Shown one piece after another: positions 39,111-52,345 of a DNA stretch of 64,000 bases. The translations under genes and the position numbers were made by a program. The stretch is from Vicugna vicugna (taxonomy: Eukaryota), in the NCBI GenBank assembly GCA_013265495.1, contig MU058337.1, positions 3,254,686 through 3,318,685 of the forward strand, given 5' to 3'. Numbering within the stretch: position 1 is the stretch's first letter; the number at the start of each line of letters is the position of its first letter. The notes beneath the pieces are model-generated. The model was given only the letters and a program-made list of their open reading frames with translations, searched no databases and was not told where the DNA came from.

Positions 39111-42100
39111 GTCTTTAAGCAAGTGTTCAACTGAGACTCAAAAAGTCCTGCAGCCTAGCCCAGAGATGAGCTGATCTTTGCTTGGAAAATTCTGGGGACA
39201 GGTAATAACCTTCAGCCTCCTGAGTCACAAACCAGCTTCAGTGTGGTCCCATAGCAAGTCTGATTTAGAGCACCTCTCTTGTTAATGGGCCTTCCAAGAA
39301 GAGTCAGTCATCTCTGGCCTGCCAAGGGCTTGAATGAATTAACTTGCTGGGTGAACTTATTCTCTAATGTCAAGGTGTCCTGGAGGAGGAAATGAGGTAG
39401 AAAATGGTGACGCTTAACTCTTGCATAAAAGCTGTCACAGTGACATTAGACCCTATCTTAGAGCAATGGTTTAAAGATTTGGGTTTAGAGATTAAGGAAC
39501 ATAGTGCCACTTACTGTTCTTTCCATGGAAAGCAAAGGTGAAACATCTGTTTTTATGGACAAAGGAGAGGATACAAGAAGAGAGAGAAAAAAAAATCGTG
39601 TTTTCATTATCCTATTTATACATACGAGGATGAATCTTTTTAAAGAGGGAATTTAAATCTGAGGACAAGGCTGGTTGCAATCTGAGACACTTACTAAGAC
39701 CATGAATTTTATATTTCATGTTTCCTAATCGACTTTATAAGTTTAGCTAGGCACCATAAATTTCAAAATGTAAAATACTGATGTGATTTTATTAGTTAAA
39801 ATTCTCAGACCATAGCGGGCCCCTCTCTAAGTGTTTTCTTCTCTCTTGTACTGAAGTGAAGTAGTTTTTCAGATAAACATCAAAATGGTAAATTGCTGTC
39901 TCTTTTTTTAGAAACCTTTTCTCTGACTTCTCTGTGTACCCTGCCTCAATTTCTATTAAATCAACTCCACTTTCTCTAAAGGCAGGGTTTGCTAAAAGCA
40001 CTCAGGGAAGGATCAACTTGTAAAATGAAAGAACTATTCATTACTTTCAAGTGTAAGTACGAATAGCGCAGAGAGAATGCACTAAATTAGGGGTGAAAAG
40101 TCAACACACATACAGCTAAGAGCTCATCTTCACATTATCAAAAGGACTTTTAGATCCTTTTTTTTGGTCAAGGAGTACCAGTATTTCTTTCCCAAGTTTA
40201 ATGAATCATGGACATCCAAGTAGACTTTAAAATATGTCCAAGTGAGCTAATCTTAGAAAATCAGTATAATACATTTTATAGGAACATTCACATATTATGT
40301 GGAGGTAAGTAAACAAATCAAAAGGCAGAAATCTTAAAAAACTAAAGCGGAGGTCCAAACTCATAGAGGTGTCTCTTTTGAAGTAAATTCATTATGCACT
40401 ATAAATACGTTACAAGGAAACTACATGTAAACATCAATTGCGAGCAATTTCTTGGAGGAACTGGGAAAGCAGAATTTTTGAGTGTGTTATGAGACCACGG
40501 AAGTTGCGTGCGCCCCGATCCTTAGGAAGCAAGAAAGAGAAATCGTCCCTTGTTCCGTCCCTTTCCAATGCTCGTTCTAGCTCGTATGTCTCTGGGCTGG
40601 GCATCACCCCAAATGTGCCCGATTGCACATGCATGTCAGCCGTTTTTCTGGGTTACAGAAAGGACACATGACATCATCTGCTTGACACACTCCAGTTGCT
40701 CTCGGCTGTAGGACACGCACAATTCTACACACTGGCTGTAACCGCAATCCCAGCCGCTCCCTCAGAAGAACACATCAGAATGAAAATAAGTTGATTTTTT
40801 TGCAGGGCTAACTCTACATTTACTGCAATTATTGTTTAAGAAGGAGGTTGATTATTAGTGGAAATAAACTATTTTTGATAAACCAAGAGCTCAAATGTGA
40901 CTCATGCATGTGCCGGGCCACCAAAGTTGTGACCAGAGGGCAGATTTGGGGCATAAGCTGGATAAAGGTTATCAGTGTCCCCTCGTTTCTAACCACAGAT
41001 GAAAACCTTAACTCTAGACTTGATTCAAGATTCGCCTTTCAATGATTAGCGGATCCTGGATTGGAGAAATCTACAAGTCGGACGTGAGATTCAAGTTCCC
41101 AGAAATACTGGTACAAAGAGCAATGTGTTAAGAGCAATGTGTGTTAATCTTTATGGAGAAAAACAGTGTTCACAAGTCATAATAGAATATCTTTAAACAT
41201 TCTTTTTTTTTTTTCCCTAAGCAAAAGTGGGCTGCAGATGTCATGATACTAAGGGGGGCAAATATTCCTTCTGGAATGGTCTTCCTGCTCCTGTCAAGCC
41301 GTATCCTGGGAAGAGCTGATTATTTCCTTAACCCACTCATTAATAGAAAGCTAGGCTGTGCTTTAGCAGAGCCAAGTCCCTAGGAAGAGAGAGGAAATTA
41401 AGATAGCAAAACGTAGCAAAACCCTCCATGCAGCAGAAACATTTTTTTATACAATGCCTGATAGAAATGTTCAATTCTATGCCAAATTGTTAATAAGAAA
41501 AAAAAAGTAAGGTCAAGGGCTTCACTAAAGAAGAGAGACTAATGGACTCAATGCAATTTACATAACATTACAGATGATTTCAAAGAAGGTCACCATTTCT
41601 GGACCTACTTTAAAATAAGTTTATTTTTCATTCATGACTTAATATTTTCAAAAGTAATTATTCACACAGTGTAACTGAGGAAGAAAGCACATCACAAATT
41701 CAAACAAAGAAAGATTTTTTTTAAATTAGTGAGAATATTTTTGTCGTTAGTACAAAGGACATGATTCTTTAAAATAGTTTAGGTATATTTTGTGTTTTAA
41801 AGAGTCACATATATTTTATTTGCTTTAAAATATTTAAACATATGATTATTTTCAAGGGCTATTTTTTACACATTCTTTTGATGGACAGCAACGATTATAG
41901 TTGAGCCCCGCAGTTAACTATTCTTCACCTGCCTGTTATACCCCCTGGGCTGTTAGTCACAGCCTTTAATGACTGAAAATTTAGAGCTCTTTCTCTCCTA
42001 GTCCTCAATATTATAGTAAATAAATGGAAATTCCTTCTTTGGTCCACAGTTTCCTCCTATTTTATAACCCTGAAGCCATGAAGCTTTCAAGGATAGAAAA

Positions 42101-42557
42101 GATTTATTTCTTTAGTATCTAGTCATTTATGGTCATTCATTCACTGTTCAACTTGAAAATAGTGGATTTAAGATCAAGTCAGTTATGAGGCTAGTTTTGA
42201 CAAGACTGATTAGTATGTTCCGAAAATATAATTTGTGTAAAACCTAAAACGGAGCCTTTCATTGTGTCTCAGTTTTGTTATTGTTGTGTGCTTTGTTTTG
42301 TTTTTAACAGATGTTTTTAACATCTTTGAAAGAGGTCAGAAAATGTAACATTTAAGGAAGGAATAAAACCTATGTTTGAGGGAGAAGTAGATTATTTGTA
42401 ATTTAAATTACTTAAAATTATCTTTCCACGTGGATTAGATTTGTTTAAAAAACTGTTAACCAGTCCATTCCAATTGCTTTTATTTGTGGAAGTACTTATC
42501 TACAAATACATTTGTTACTTAGCACATTCCTTCTTTATCTCTTCCCCCTAAAAAAAA

Positions 42558-42592
<35 letters not shown>
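42558..42592. repeat. Compound (AT)n(GT)n microsatellite
   Basis: Direct read. Confidence 0.95.
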
Positions 42593-42949
42593 CATGAGAA
42601 TGAGACTAAATATTCTATTCATTTGTCAATTAAAACTAATACCCATCAAGATTAACATTTCTTAAAATTTTTAAAAATTAAATTTAAAATATTTCTTACT
42701 AATCTGCACAGGCTGATTTTGCCTGTTCTAACACTGCTCTAACATTAATTTTCAACCCTGCTCTTCATTTACATTTGCTCCCTAAGCCACAGGTCCCCAG
42801 ATGATATTTCTTTTTATTTGCCTCACTTTTAAATCACTTTTAGAGAAATTTCATGCCCTTTAAAGCTGGACAAGATACGTACCTTATTCCGACCCAATGC
42901 TTTCTTTATGAATGAATAACTCGAAACACAGAGAATTATTACACCACTG

Positions 42950-43140
42950 GACTCATCACTTATTTGCGTGTCAGACTTGGAGTTCTTCAACCCAGCCCAT
43001 GTGTTACTCTTCTCTAATTTCACAGTATTAGCACCTAGTAGTTTTCCCATAGGAAGCATACTATTAGCAATAAGTCTCTCTTGAGTTGACGGTTGGCTGT
43101 ATCACATGTGGATGTATAGATTTATGAATGAACAATAAAG
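42950..43140 (+). mobile_element. L2 3' end
   Basis: agacttggagttcttc..gcacctagta..atgaatgaac tail. Confidence 0.5.
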
Positions 43141-43413
43141 GAATAAGTGAGAGCATCTGGATTTAACCAGAGAAGGGAAATTTTATTTATGCAGAGAACA
43201 GAAATAATCTTCTAAAAGTGGTCTTAATAAAGACTTAATCTAGCTCACTGTGAACGCTCTTAAACTGAAGTCAGACTTCTCTCTCAATGATAGCTTGTAT
43301 CCTTGGTTCACTGTTCTTTGACATGTCAGATAAATTTCCCAGGAAGCGTTCGTTTGCTTGCTATGAGTGGGAGCACCATTTCTGGGTGTCTGTTGTCAGC
43401 CATCGTGTTTCTG

Positions 43414-44259
43414 CGGATGGTACCCCCTCCCTTTAACTGCGGGGGATACGTTCCAAGACCGCCAGTGGATGTCTGAAACCATGGATAAAATCAAACCCTA
43501 TATATAGTGTTTTTTTCAATATATACACACCTATGATAAAGTTTAATTTATAAATTAGACACAGTACGAGATTAACAACAATAACTAAAAATGAAATGGA
43601 ACAATTATAACAATATGTTGTAATAAAAGTTATGTGAATGCAGTCTCTCTCTCAAAATTTCTTACTGTACACACTTAATACCTTGTCCATCCTAACTAAG
43701 CACTTACACACTGGGGCCTTAACTTTTGCAATTTGGGTGGGACAGTAAAACTCTCACAGATATCTTTTTCCTTCTTCACAATTTCATGGATGCAAGATTC
43801 ATTCTGACTGTAGATCCTAACAACCTCAGCATACTTTTTTTTTTTAATTCTCTTGAAGCCTGGGACATACATCTTTTCAGGTAAGGGAAGCACTTTACGG
43901 CTTCTCTTTGGCATATTTGAATCGTCCACATGGCATTACTACTCTTGTGCTCTGGAGCCATTATGCAGTAAAATAAGGGTCACTTGAACACAAGCACTGC
44001 GGTACCAGGACAGTAGATCTGGTAACCAAGGGGCTGCTAAATGACCAGGCAGGGCGTGCTGGATGAAGGGATGAGTCACATCCTGGGCAGAAAGCAGCAG
44101 GACCCTCGAGATTCCATCACCCTACCCAGAATGGTGCACAATTTAAAACTTATGAATTGTTTTTTTCTGGAATTTTCCACTTGATATTTTGGAACTGCAG
44201 TTGACCATGGGTAACCGAAAGTGTGGAAGGTGATATGATGGATAAGGAAGGAATGACTG
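43414..44259 (-). mobile_element. TcMar-Tigger7 deletion derivative (MER44C/D-like) with transposase N-terminus
   Basis: Both degenerate TIRs present, right end actg|TA; ORFs 43776-43961 (MAPEHKSS) and 43696-43929 (MPKRSRKVLPL..YAEVVRIYSQNESCIHEIVKKEK) are the frameshifted Tigger HTH. Confidence 0.9.
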
Positions 44260-44649
44260 TATTAGCTTCATTCCAAGTGTCTGAACCTATAGTCCAACCT
44301 CCACGTGTTATCTTAGCTGGTAAATGTATTATTGATTTTTGATGAGTATCTTGCCTGAAGAATGATCCCCACCTTTCAGTTTGATAGGAATAAAACCTTT
44401 TTTTTTTTCCTGCTGCAGCAAAATCTTATTTTTGGTTAAGTCTCAACCTGATAATACCAGAATAACTTGAACCCTGTTGCTAATTTTGCATAGAGCTATA
44501 AAAGAAAATGTATATTTTAAAAAGTAAAATGACATTCTTTCTTTAAAAATGTCTCATTTACTTGCTACAGTGATGGGAATGAAGTCACTCAAATGCAAAA
44601 AAAAAATGTTTAACATCTTTAAATAAATAAATAAATAAAATAAATACAA

Positions 44650-44860
44650 CTTTTGAATCTGAAAAAGCCAGGTTCCAATCTAGTGTCACTGTTTTACTAC
44701 CTGTGTGGCCTCAATCAAGTTACTTGACTTCTGCTCATCAATCTTTAAAACAGTTTGAATAAGTCCTTCCTCCGAGGGTTGGGAGACTCTAGTGGAGTAA
44801 TGCAGCACAGTCTGTCTGGAGATAGAATTGATGATGACAATGAAACCATTTCTATTACTC
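44650..44860 (+). mobile_element. MIR
   Basis: tttgaatctg..ggttccaatctag..ctgtgtggcctcaatcaagttacttgacttct. Confidence 0.7.
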
Positions 44861-45493
44861 GTGGTTAAGGCAATATTCAACCAAAGCCATAGTTAAAATA
44901 CAAATGTATTATGGGAGAGAAGAGCTTATTAACAACCAAGACCACAGTGAACTGTATTCATTTAGCACTCTTCCATCTCATAGCAAATACCCAGATGAGG
45001 GCTAAGGACTGCTCACTTTTGATCCTATGCTTGAGGGTCAGTGAAGGCAGGAAGGACACGTAGCTCCACGGGTTACTTGATGTTTTAAGGTCCTGTCAAG
45101 GGACCCTGGTGAGTCTCTGGAGATGGAAAAGGAGGAGTGTAGTAACAGGTTTCAAAACATCACCTGTACAACAATGTGGTTTAGTGAAGGCAGACCAACC
45201 TGGACACAGTTAGTCTGTTAGGGATTCCATTAAAAACGATCACTCCCAAAGCAAAACTCTGAGTGGTGGAGAGAAGAAATCTAAGGTTACCATCAAGGGT
45301 GAAGAAAAGGAACAGACATCCTACACAAACATGATTCTTACAGAAAGGGGACAGACACCCTAGAAAAAGCATGTCTTGCCCCATGAAAGACTGACTATAC
45401 TGATTGTTTAAGGCCAAAATAGATATGAGTTCAGTCATGGTACTAGGACACACTTCAAATGCTTTTCAAAGGGCTCATATATATTAAAAACAT

Positions 45494-45647
45494 GAGGGTG
45501 AAGTTATAGCTTAGTGGTAGAGTGCGTGATAAACACGCCCATGGTCCTGGGTTCAATTCCCAGCACCTCTGTTAATAAAGAAAGAAATAAACCTAATTAC
45601 CTCCCCCCACAAAAAACAAACAAAAAACAACAAAAATAAAATAAAAA
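45494..45647 (+). mobile_element. tRNA(Ala)-derived SINE (camelid Vic-1-like), older copy
   Basis: A box tagcttagtgg, B box ggttcaattcc, aaataaacctaattacctcccc body, A-rich tail; TSD degenerate. Confidence 0.85.
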
Positions 45648-46589
45648 TCTGGTAGTCTTTTGTATCTTTATGGCTTCTTTAATTACTCTTGCGTGTTTTT
45701 TTTTTCTTAACTGGGTGCATATAAGGTGCATTATATGAATGATTTACCACAAGATGTCCCACTGCAGTTTGACGCTGTATTTCACATGGAGACAATCATA
45801 ATCACCAACCGATTGTGCAAAAGCTCAGAGGAGCTTGAAGGAGCACAGAATTGCTTTTCCTTTTTAGGAAAACTCTAGTATGATTGTGAAATATTTTTTT
45901 GCGTGGTCAGTATCAAATGACCTTAAAAGCAACTTCCATTCTAAAACCATAGGCTTTGTATCAGGCAGGTTTTATGTATTTGATTTTCTATTTTATTTCA
46001 AAGATGGGCCACCACAAATATGACTTTTAAGAACAAAATTCCTTCAGGGTCCCTCCCCTACACACCCTATGAGATGAAGTCATACTGTTAGTTCAGAACT
46101 GAAGAGCTAAACTAGCTTGGTTCTAACCTTTTCATTTAATTTTGCTTACCTCTGTTTCTCTACAGAAAAGCTCCAGGATATGTTGATTTTAGTCATTTTC
46201 TCTTGAAAATGGCCCGTGCCTTCTTTTGTTAGACAGAGCTTCTTTACCTTCCCCAAGTGTCCAACCTGTCTATAATGTCACCCCGACTCTCTTTCTACCC
46301 CCTTATTCCTTCTCTCACTCTCTTCCCTAGAGGCATCATTGATTTTTGGATGAAATATCTCATACATGAAAAAGCATAGAAAATAATAGAGTTTGCACAT
46401 TACTCGTCACAAATTTTAAGAACTAAAACGTTACAAATATCGCAGAAGCCCTTTACTCATTCCTCCCCGATGGTGTCTCTTTCCCTCTCACCCACCCAGA
46501 GGTCACTACTATTAAGAATTTATTTCAGAGCATGAAGAAAATAGCCCTGTACTTGGGCAGGCGTACAGGACGCTGGAAGGCACTGCCCA

Positions 46590-46835
46590 AGACCTTGCCA
46601 TGAAAACCTTGTTGCAGCTGCTGGGATGACAGCGGGTTGAGAGCCTTCAGCTACAAGCCCCTTCATGGTACTGCAGGTCCTCAGGTGGCCACCCTATTTG
46701 GACCCAAAGAGAGTGAAGGGTATTAAGAGCTCCATCTCAACCTGATGGGGAATAATTTTGTAGCATCATTCTGCCTCCAGAGCTCCTTGGGGTGATGGCC
46801 AAGCTAGTTGGTGAGCCTGCTTCATCCTCATTCCA
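46590..46835 (+). mobile_element. ERVL LTR16-like fragment
   Basis: gagagccttcagct..gcccctt, cctccagagctcc and tggccaagct blocks. Confidence 0.55.
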
Positions 46836-46953
46836 GTTACTTCCTGGACTGACCTTTCATGACAGTAGAAATAAAAGTGCCGGTGAGAGGCATCATGTTT
46901 CACTCCATCCTTCAGTATGATAGTAGTTAATTTTTATTGGAAGTCTTTGGAGA

Positions 46954-47218
46954 CCAGTGCTGTTCAATCACCAGGTATTGTTACTGACCACTTGAAATAT
47001 GTCTACTATGAACTGAATTGTACTGTCATGTATACCAGAAGTAAACGAGTAGAAAAAAGAATGAAAAACATCTCATTAATCCTTTTTTTTAATTTTGACA
47101 ATTTGTTGAAATCATAATGTTTTGTATTCGGGTTAAATAAAATCTATTATCATATTAATTTCATCTGTTTCTTTTTAAATTGCTTTTTTAAACATGGCTA
47201 CTGGGAAGTTAAACATTG
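46954..47218. mobile_element. MER33-like hAT-Charlie
   Basis: cagtgctgttcaat..cacttgaaatatg..atctcattaat..gggttaaataaaat..tggctactg. Confidence 0.75.
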
Positions 47219-47219
47219 A

Positions 47220-48860
47220 AAAAGTTCTTATTTGACAAATTTCTTTTTGTGTGAATGGGTGTGGAGGTCTTATCAAATGCTTTCTCTGTGTCTATGAGGT
47301 GATCTTTTATTGTCTTGTAGGAATCAGTTAATGTGGTGAGTTTTATTGAGAGATTTTTCTAAGGGTCAGGCATCTTGACTCTTGAGTGATTCAACCCCAT
47401 GTAATCGTATATTTTTTAAAATAAAGTACAGGATTGGTTCATTAATATTTCACTAGGAGCTAATGACTGTTGATTGATGCTGTTGGTGTTTAACTTTTCC
47501 CTCTGGTTTTGTTCTCGCCACGTATTGTTATAAAGGTAACACTAGCTCAATAAAATGAGAAGTGAGTCTGATTTAAAGGGTAGATTTTTTGCTGAAGATT
47601 AAATTTCTTAAGTGATCATAGAACCATTAATATTTTTCAATTGTATCAGCTTTGGTAATCTCAAGCCTTGCTTTTCTTGTTTATTTTCCTCCACATTCTT
47701 TTAGTGAATCTCTTGTCCTTAATCTAATCTAAAATTAGCTCATTTCTTCTTCTGTGCACGTTTTTGCTAGAAACTTTCTTCTCATTAATACCTTATATGA
47801 ATACAATGCAACTAAACATTTCTTTTGTTTTTGTTCAATTGCATTTTCTAATATGTTTTATCAGATCATCTTTGACACATTATGCTGTGTATTTAAAATC
47901 CCAGCCATATCTTCAGTTAACTTTTCACTACTTGTAATGACATCATTACAGTCAGAGACTGTGGTACATGTTTCTGTTATATCCTTGAACAATGCAGTCT
48001 TCACAAACATTCCCTGGCCTCATGGGTGTTGTTTTACTACTGAGTCAAAAATCCTCGTTTAACTTCCAGAATTAGACTTTGTCATATTTACTTTTACCTT
48101 CTTAAGTCAGTGTTTGTCTAGCATTGTCTCAAAATGAGCATTAGTAAAGTGTTTTTATTCCAACTCTATTAATTTATTTTATACTTTATATATATATATA
48201 TATATATGTTTATACACAGTATTGGAAAAAACTATTACACTAATTTTTAAGTCTAACTGATTTTTTCCCCCACTGAGTTTTGCTCGTGGTAGGTATTGTC
48301 TCCTCGTGTGTTTGCTGAATGCCTGATAGTAGAGAGAGATCTGTGTGAGTTTGCCAGGTTCCCATGTGTCACATATTTTTATGCTAATTGCCCTGCTTGA
48401 CATTTTCTGGACTACTCAGGTACCATAAATTTCGAGTCCAAAGTCAAGCCTGGGGTGATATATTTTCAAGAAAGATATTTTATTTCATATCATCTTTTGT
48501 GCTTACAGCAGGGAAGTTAACCCTCCCTGCTTTCTCCCTGTTCAGTTGGCAGGGCTTTTTGAGAAATGAATTCATTATTTTACACCATTATATCTAGTGA
48601 CTAGTTCAAGCTCCCTCCTTTGTGGGCTAAAGACCTTTTCTCTGTTCCTCATTCTAAAACCTTTGAATCTTCAAACATTCCGAGAATAGCCAAATGGGGA
48701 CCCACCTTAACACTCTTTTTACAGTTTCCTTTTCATTTTTGTCCTTTGGGGATTTTCCTCATTTTTGTGTTAGCTCTGTCAGCTCAGTGAATCCTTTAAA
48801 GGATCACGTAGTATAGCTTATCCAGCATTTTTAGGCATTTTGTTATGGTATATAGTCTGT
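47220..48860 (-). mobile_element. Old L1M antisense remnants (ORF2 and 5' region)
   Basis: tgaatgggtg..ttatcaaatgctttctctgtgtctat; ends in ttatccagcatttttagg. Confidence 0.6.
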
Positions 48861-48895
48861 CACCTGTTTTCTCTGAAGGTTTTCAAAATGACCCC

Positions 48896-49272
48896 CATGA
48901 TGGTTAATTTTATGTATCAACTTGGCTCGATCACGGTACCCAGATATTTGGTCAATCATGTTTGGATGTCACTGTGAAAACATTTTTAGGTGAGATTAAC
49001 ATTTAAATCAACAGATTCTGAGTAAACAGATTACCCTCCATGATGGAGGCAGACCTCATCCAATCATTTCAAGACCTTAAGAAAAACACCGACGTTCCTC
49101 GGAGGAAGAGCAAATTCTGCCAGCAGACTGCCTTGGATTCAAACTGTAACATCTGCTCTTCTCCACATGTCCAGGCTCATGACCTACGCCACAGATTCTG
49201 GATTTACCAGCCTCCACGAACACATAAGTCAATCCCTTAAAATCAGTCAATCTCTCTGGATAACCTTTCATA
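48896..49272 (+). mobile_element. ERVL MLT2 (MLT2D/B-like) LTR
   Basis: tgatggttaattttatgtatcaacttgg..cagattaccctccat..ctcatccaatca..aattctgccagcagactgcctt. Confidence 0.85.
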
Positions 49273-51399
49273 CCTCTGTATCCTTGACTGATACCACTCC
49301 ACCCTGAATTCAACTTTCCTCTCTCAAATTCATAAAATCACAGAATGAATGTGGAAAATGCCTGTGCCGTCTAAACGCTGCTGTTTTACCAATATTTTTT
49401 CTCTCAGCACACTTCGTCAAGCCGTAAATTTACAGTTGATGGTCCAATTATTCAGCCCAGTTTCTTCAATCTAGTTCCCTAATTTTAAAACAATGTTTCT
49501 GTATTTTCCAAGTTGCTTCATCTCTCTCTTTTGCGTTTTCCATTTTCACTGGCTTATATGTTTCCAACTAGATGTTGCTTATTAATTTTTTAAAAAAGAC
49601 ATCAATTGTTAAACAATGAGGGTATTAAGTCAGTTGTATTTGATATGCCTAACCCAGACCAAATTTTCGATTTAAAAATGTGATTAAAAAAATCAAATCT
49701 TATTGGGATAAATCTTAGAAAAACTACTTTAAAAGTATAGCATAGCAATGATAATCATAATATAGAAAGAACATGTTCTCTTTTCAAATATGTGTCAATA
49801 AATTGTTTGGTTATTTCACAGCACTGTTCTGGATCAATTTACTTGCCTTTGTTCAAAAATGCTCTTATTTGTACTTTAACGCAATTGCATTAATTTGTGA
49901 CAATTGCTAATGAATCCAGAGCCTAAAAGAGGTTTAGGTGTCATTTTAGTGTCTTTGATATTTTTATGATAATGATAAACTGTAAATATTATTTTAATTT
50001 AGTTTTTAGTGGAACTCTATTGTCCGTGGTAAATACCTGTATCATAAGCCACAGAGTGTTGACTCTGTTTCTTTTTTCTGTCTCAGCATGTGTGCAGTGT
50101 TGATAGTTTTCACTTAAGCTATCTGAGTAGCATAGAAACAATCATTAGAAAAATTTTAAATTTTTGGTGAATGATATAACTTTATTTATTGTTCTTCCAC
50201 ATAAAACTTAAATTCTCTCCAATAATCCTTAGGTACCAAATAGTATTTTTAAAGCTTGTGTATTGGTTACCATTAACAAGTTATAATGGCTAACTGTTTT
50301 CCCTAATTCATACTTGGGGGTTAAAGGTTTCAAATTAAATTAGGCATGATTTAAAAGTAAATAAAAATCGTATTCATGTCTAGCGGGTGATCCAATGGTT
50401 GGCTCATCTTTCAATGCTGGTTTCTTAAATAAAACAGTAAATGCCAGAACAGCTTGGGTTAAATATCTTGTATAAAATCTGACAATTGTTCAGATAAACC
50501 GAGTTCTTTCCCTAGCAAAAGTCAAACTCCATTTAGATTGTTTAAGTAACTGAAGTGCGGAGATAAACAGAGAAAGACCCCCAAACAAGCTAGCTGTGAC
50601 TTTAAATTGAACACAGAAGAAATCCCAGGCCTTACATATTTGTGAAACCTTCAAATAACCAGAATATTACCTGTTTCCCAACTTTTTTTTTAATGTTGCA
50701 TAAGACAGATTTTTAATTTCCGTTCCAGGGGTTACCCAATATCTAGTAACCCCTCCATCAGTTTGCCGAAAGTTAAAAAAAAAAAAAAAGAAAAGAAAAA
50801 AGCCCTCTGAATCAATTGTTTTCTGCATTCTTGAAGCACCTCAGTGCTAAAAGCGATGGAAGGTCATGTCACTAGAACGCTGAGGTAGAATAGCCCTTCT
50901 CAATCTATATGGTTTGATACTTTGGTGTGTGTGTATAAATCGGCCAAATATCTCAGAGTTTTAGACTGTAACCGAGAGAAGGGGAAAAGTACCTCATATT
51001 TGAAAACCAATAACAGAAGAGTGGGGAGGTCTGTTTTTAATCATTGTTCCTTTGTAACCTGATGAACTCCTACAATTTGTCAAGTTTTCACTGATTATCA
51101 CACAGCCTAGAATATTCCTTCCTTTTTCTTGAAGGGATCTGTTGAAAACTAAAGTTTTATTTGATGTATAATTTGGAGCTGGTGTATCATGGTTATCAAT
51201 TCAAACTTATCTATGAGATATTTGTCCTGGGAACTTATTATAAGACTCTGGGTTCAAACCCTGGCAGTCTGGTGCTGCTTTCTTGTCATTGTACCAGTTA
51301 GAGTTTGATCAAGAAGGTAGACTCACTATGTGTGACACAGAATAAAGAACACGTTGCAATAATTAGCCCTTATGCTACCGTGGCAGCTGGTTAAACCGT

Positions 51400-52345
51400 C
51401 TGCATAGGGCTGTTGCTTTTGCAACTGGTCCTGAAGTCAGGAGGACCAAGATCAGGAAGGCACAATGGAAGGGGAGTGAAGGAGAACAAGGGAAAACTGG
51501 AATTCCCAGAAAAAACGAGAGCCCATGTCTGTCCCTGCCTTCAGCCCTGAAGGTGCAGAAGCCCCACAGAATCAGCTGGTGTCCTTCACACGAAGCTGCA
51601 GACACACACTTCGTCCAGGACTTGGAAGACTGAGGGAGGGTGTTAGTCAGCGCTCTCCAGGGAGACAGAATCAATAGAAATCGATATAGATAAGAGATTT
51701 AGTATACAAATTGGCTCACGTGATTATGGAGACAGAGAAGTCCAGAATCTGCGTCTGCAAACTGGAGAACCAGGGAAGCCAGTGGTGTAGTCCAGTCCCA
51801 GTCCAAAGGCCTGAGAACCAGGGAAGTGAATGGGTAAGTCCCAGTCCAAGTTCAAAGACTTATAAATGAGGATAAGAGGGCAATGCTATAAGTCCCGATG
51901 CAAGTCTGAAGGCCTGGGAACCAAGAAAGTTGATGCCTGAGCTCAGGAGGAGATGCGCGTCCCAACACGAGCAAAAAGAGCAAATTCTCCCTTCCTCTGC
52001 CTTTTTGTTCTATTTGAGCCCAGAAGGGACTGGGTGAGTCCCCCTCCTTTGCTGAGGGTGCTCCTTACCCAGTCTATCAATTCCAGTGGTAATCTATCCC
52101 AGAAACCCTCTCACAGACACACCAAGAAATAATGTTTTACCAGCCATCTGGCCATCCACTTGGCCCAGTCAAGCTGACACACAAAATCAACCAGGTGAGC
52201 CACAGGACAGGACATGTACAGGAGCCACAGCAGAAGCAGGACAGGTAGCAACCTCAGAGTTTAGTGAGAAGGTCTTGGCTCTATCACAGGGAAGGGCATT
52301 CTGGGAAATGTAGTTCCAAATTACTCAAGCCCACAAAATACAACA
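51400..52345 (-). mobile_element. Older ERVL-type LTR split by the MLT2 insertion
   Basis: LTR-like sequence on both sides of the MLT2, ending attctgggaaatgtagttcca. Confidence 0.45.
51639..52193 (-). mobile_element. ERVL MLT2B-like LTR
   Basis: ttagtcagcgctctccag..aattggctcacgtgattatggag..agacacaccaagaaataatgttt..gcccagtcaagctgacacacaaaatcaacca; internal agtcc..aaggcctgagaacc repeats. Confidence 0.88.

Noticed and set aside
10951..41150. Short local duplications (tgataccatt x2 near 10951; tctgacttctg x2 near 22420-22457; aagagcaatgtgt x2 near 41116-41143)
   Set aside because: Ordinary slippage-type micro-duplications; no array structure
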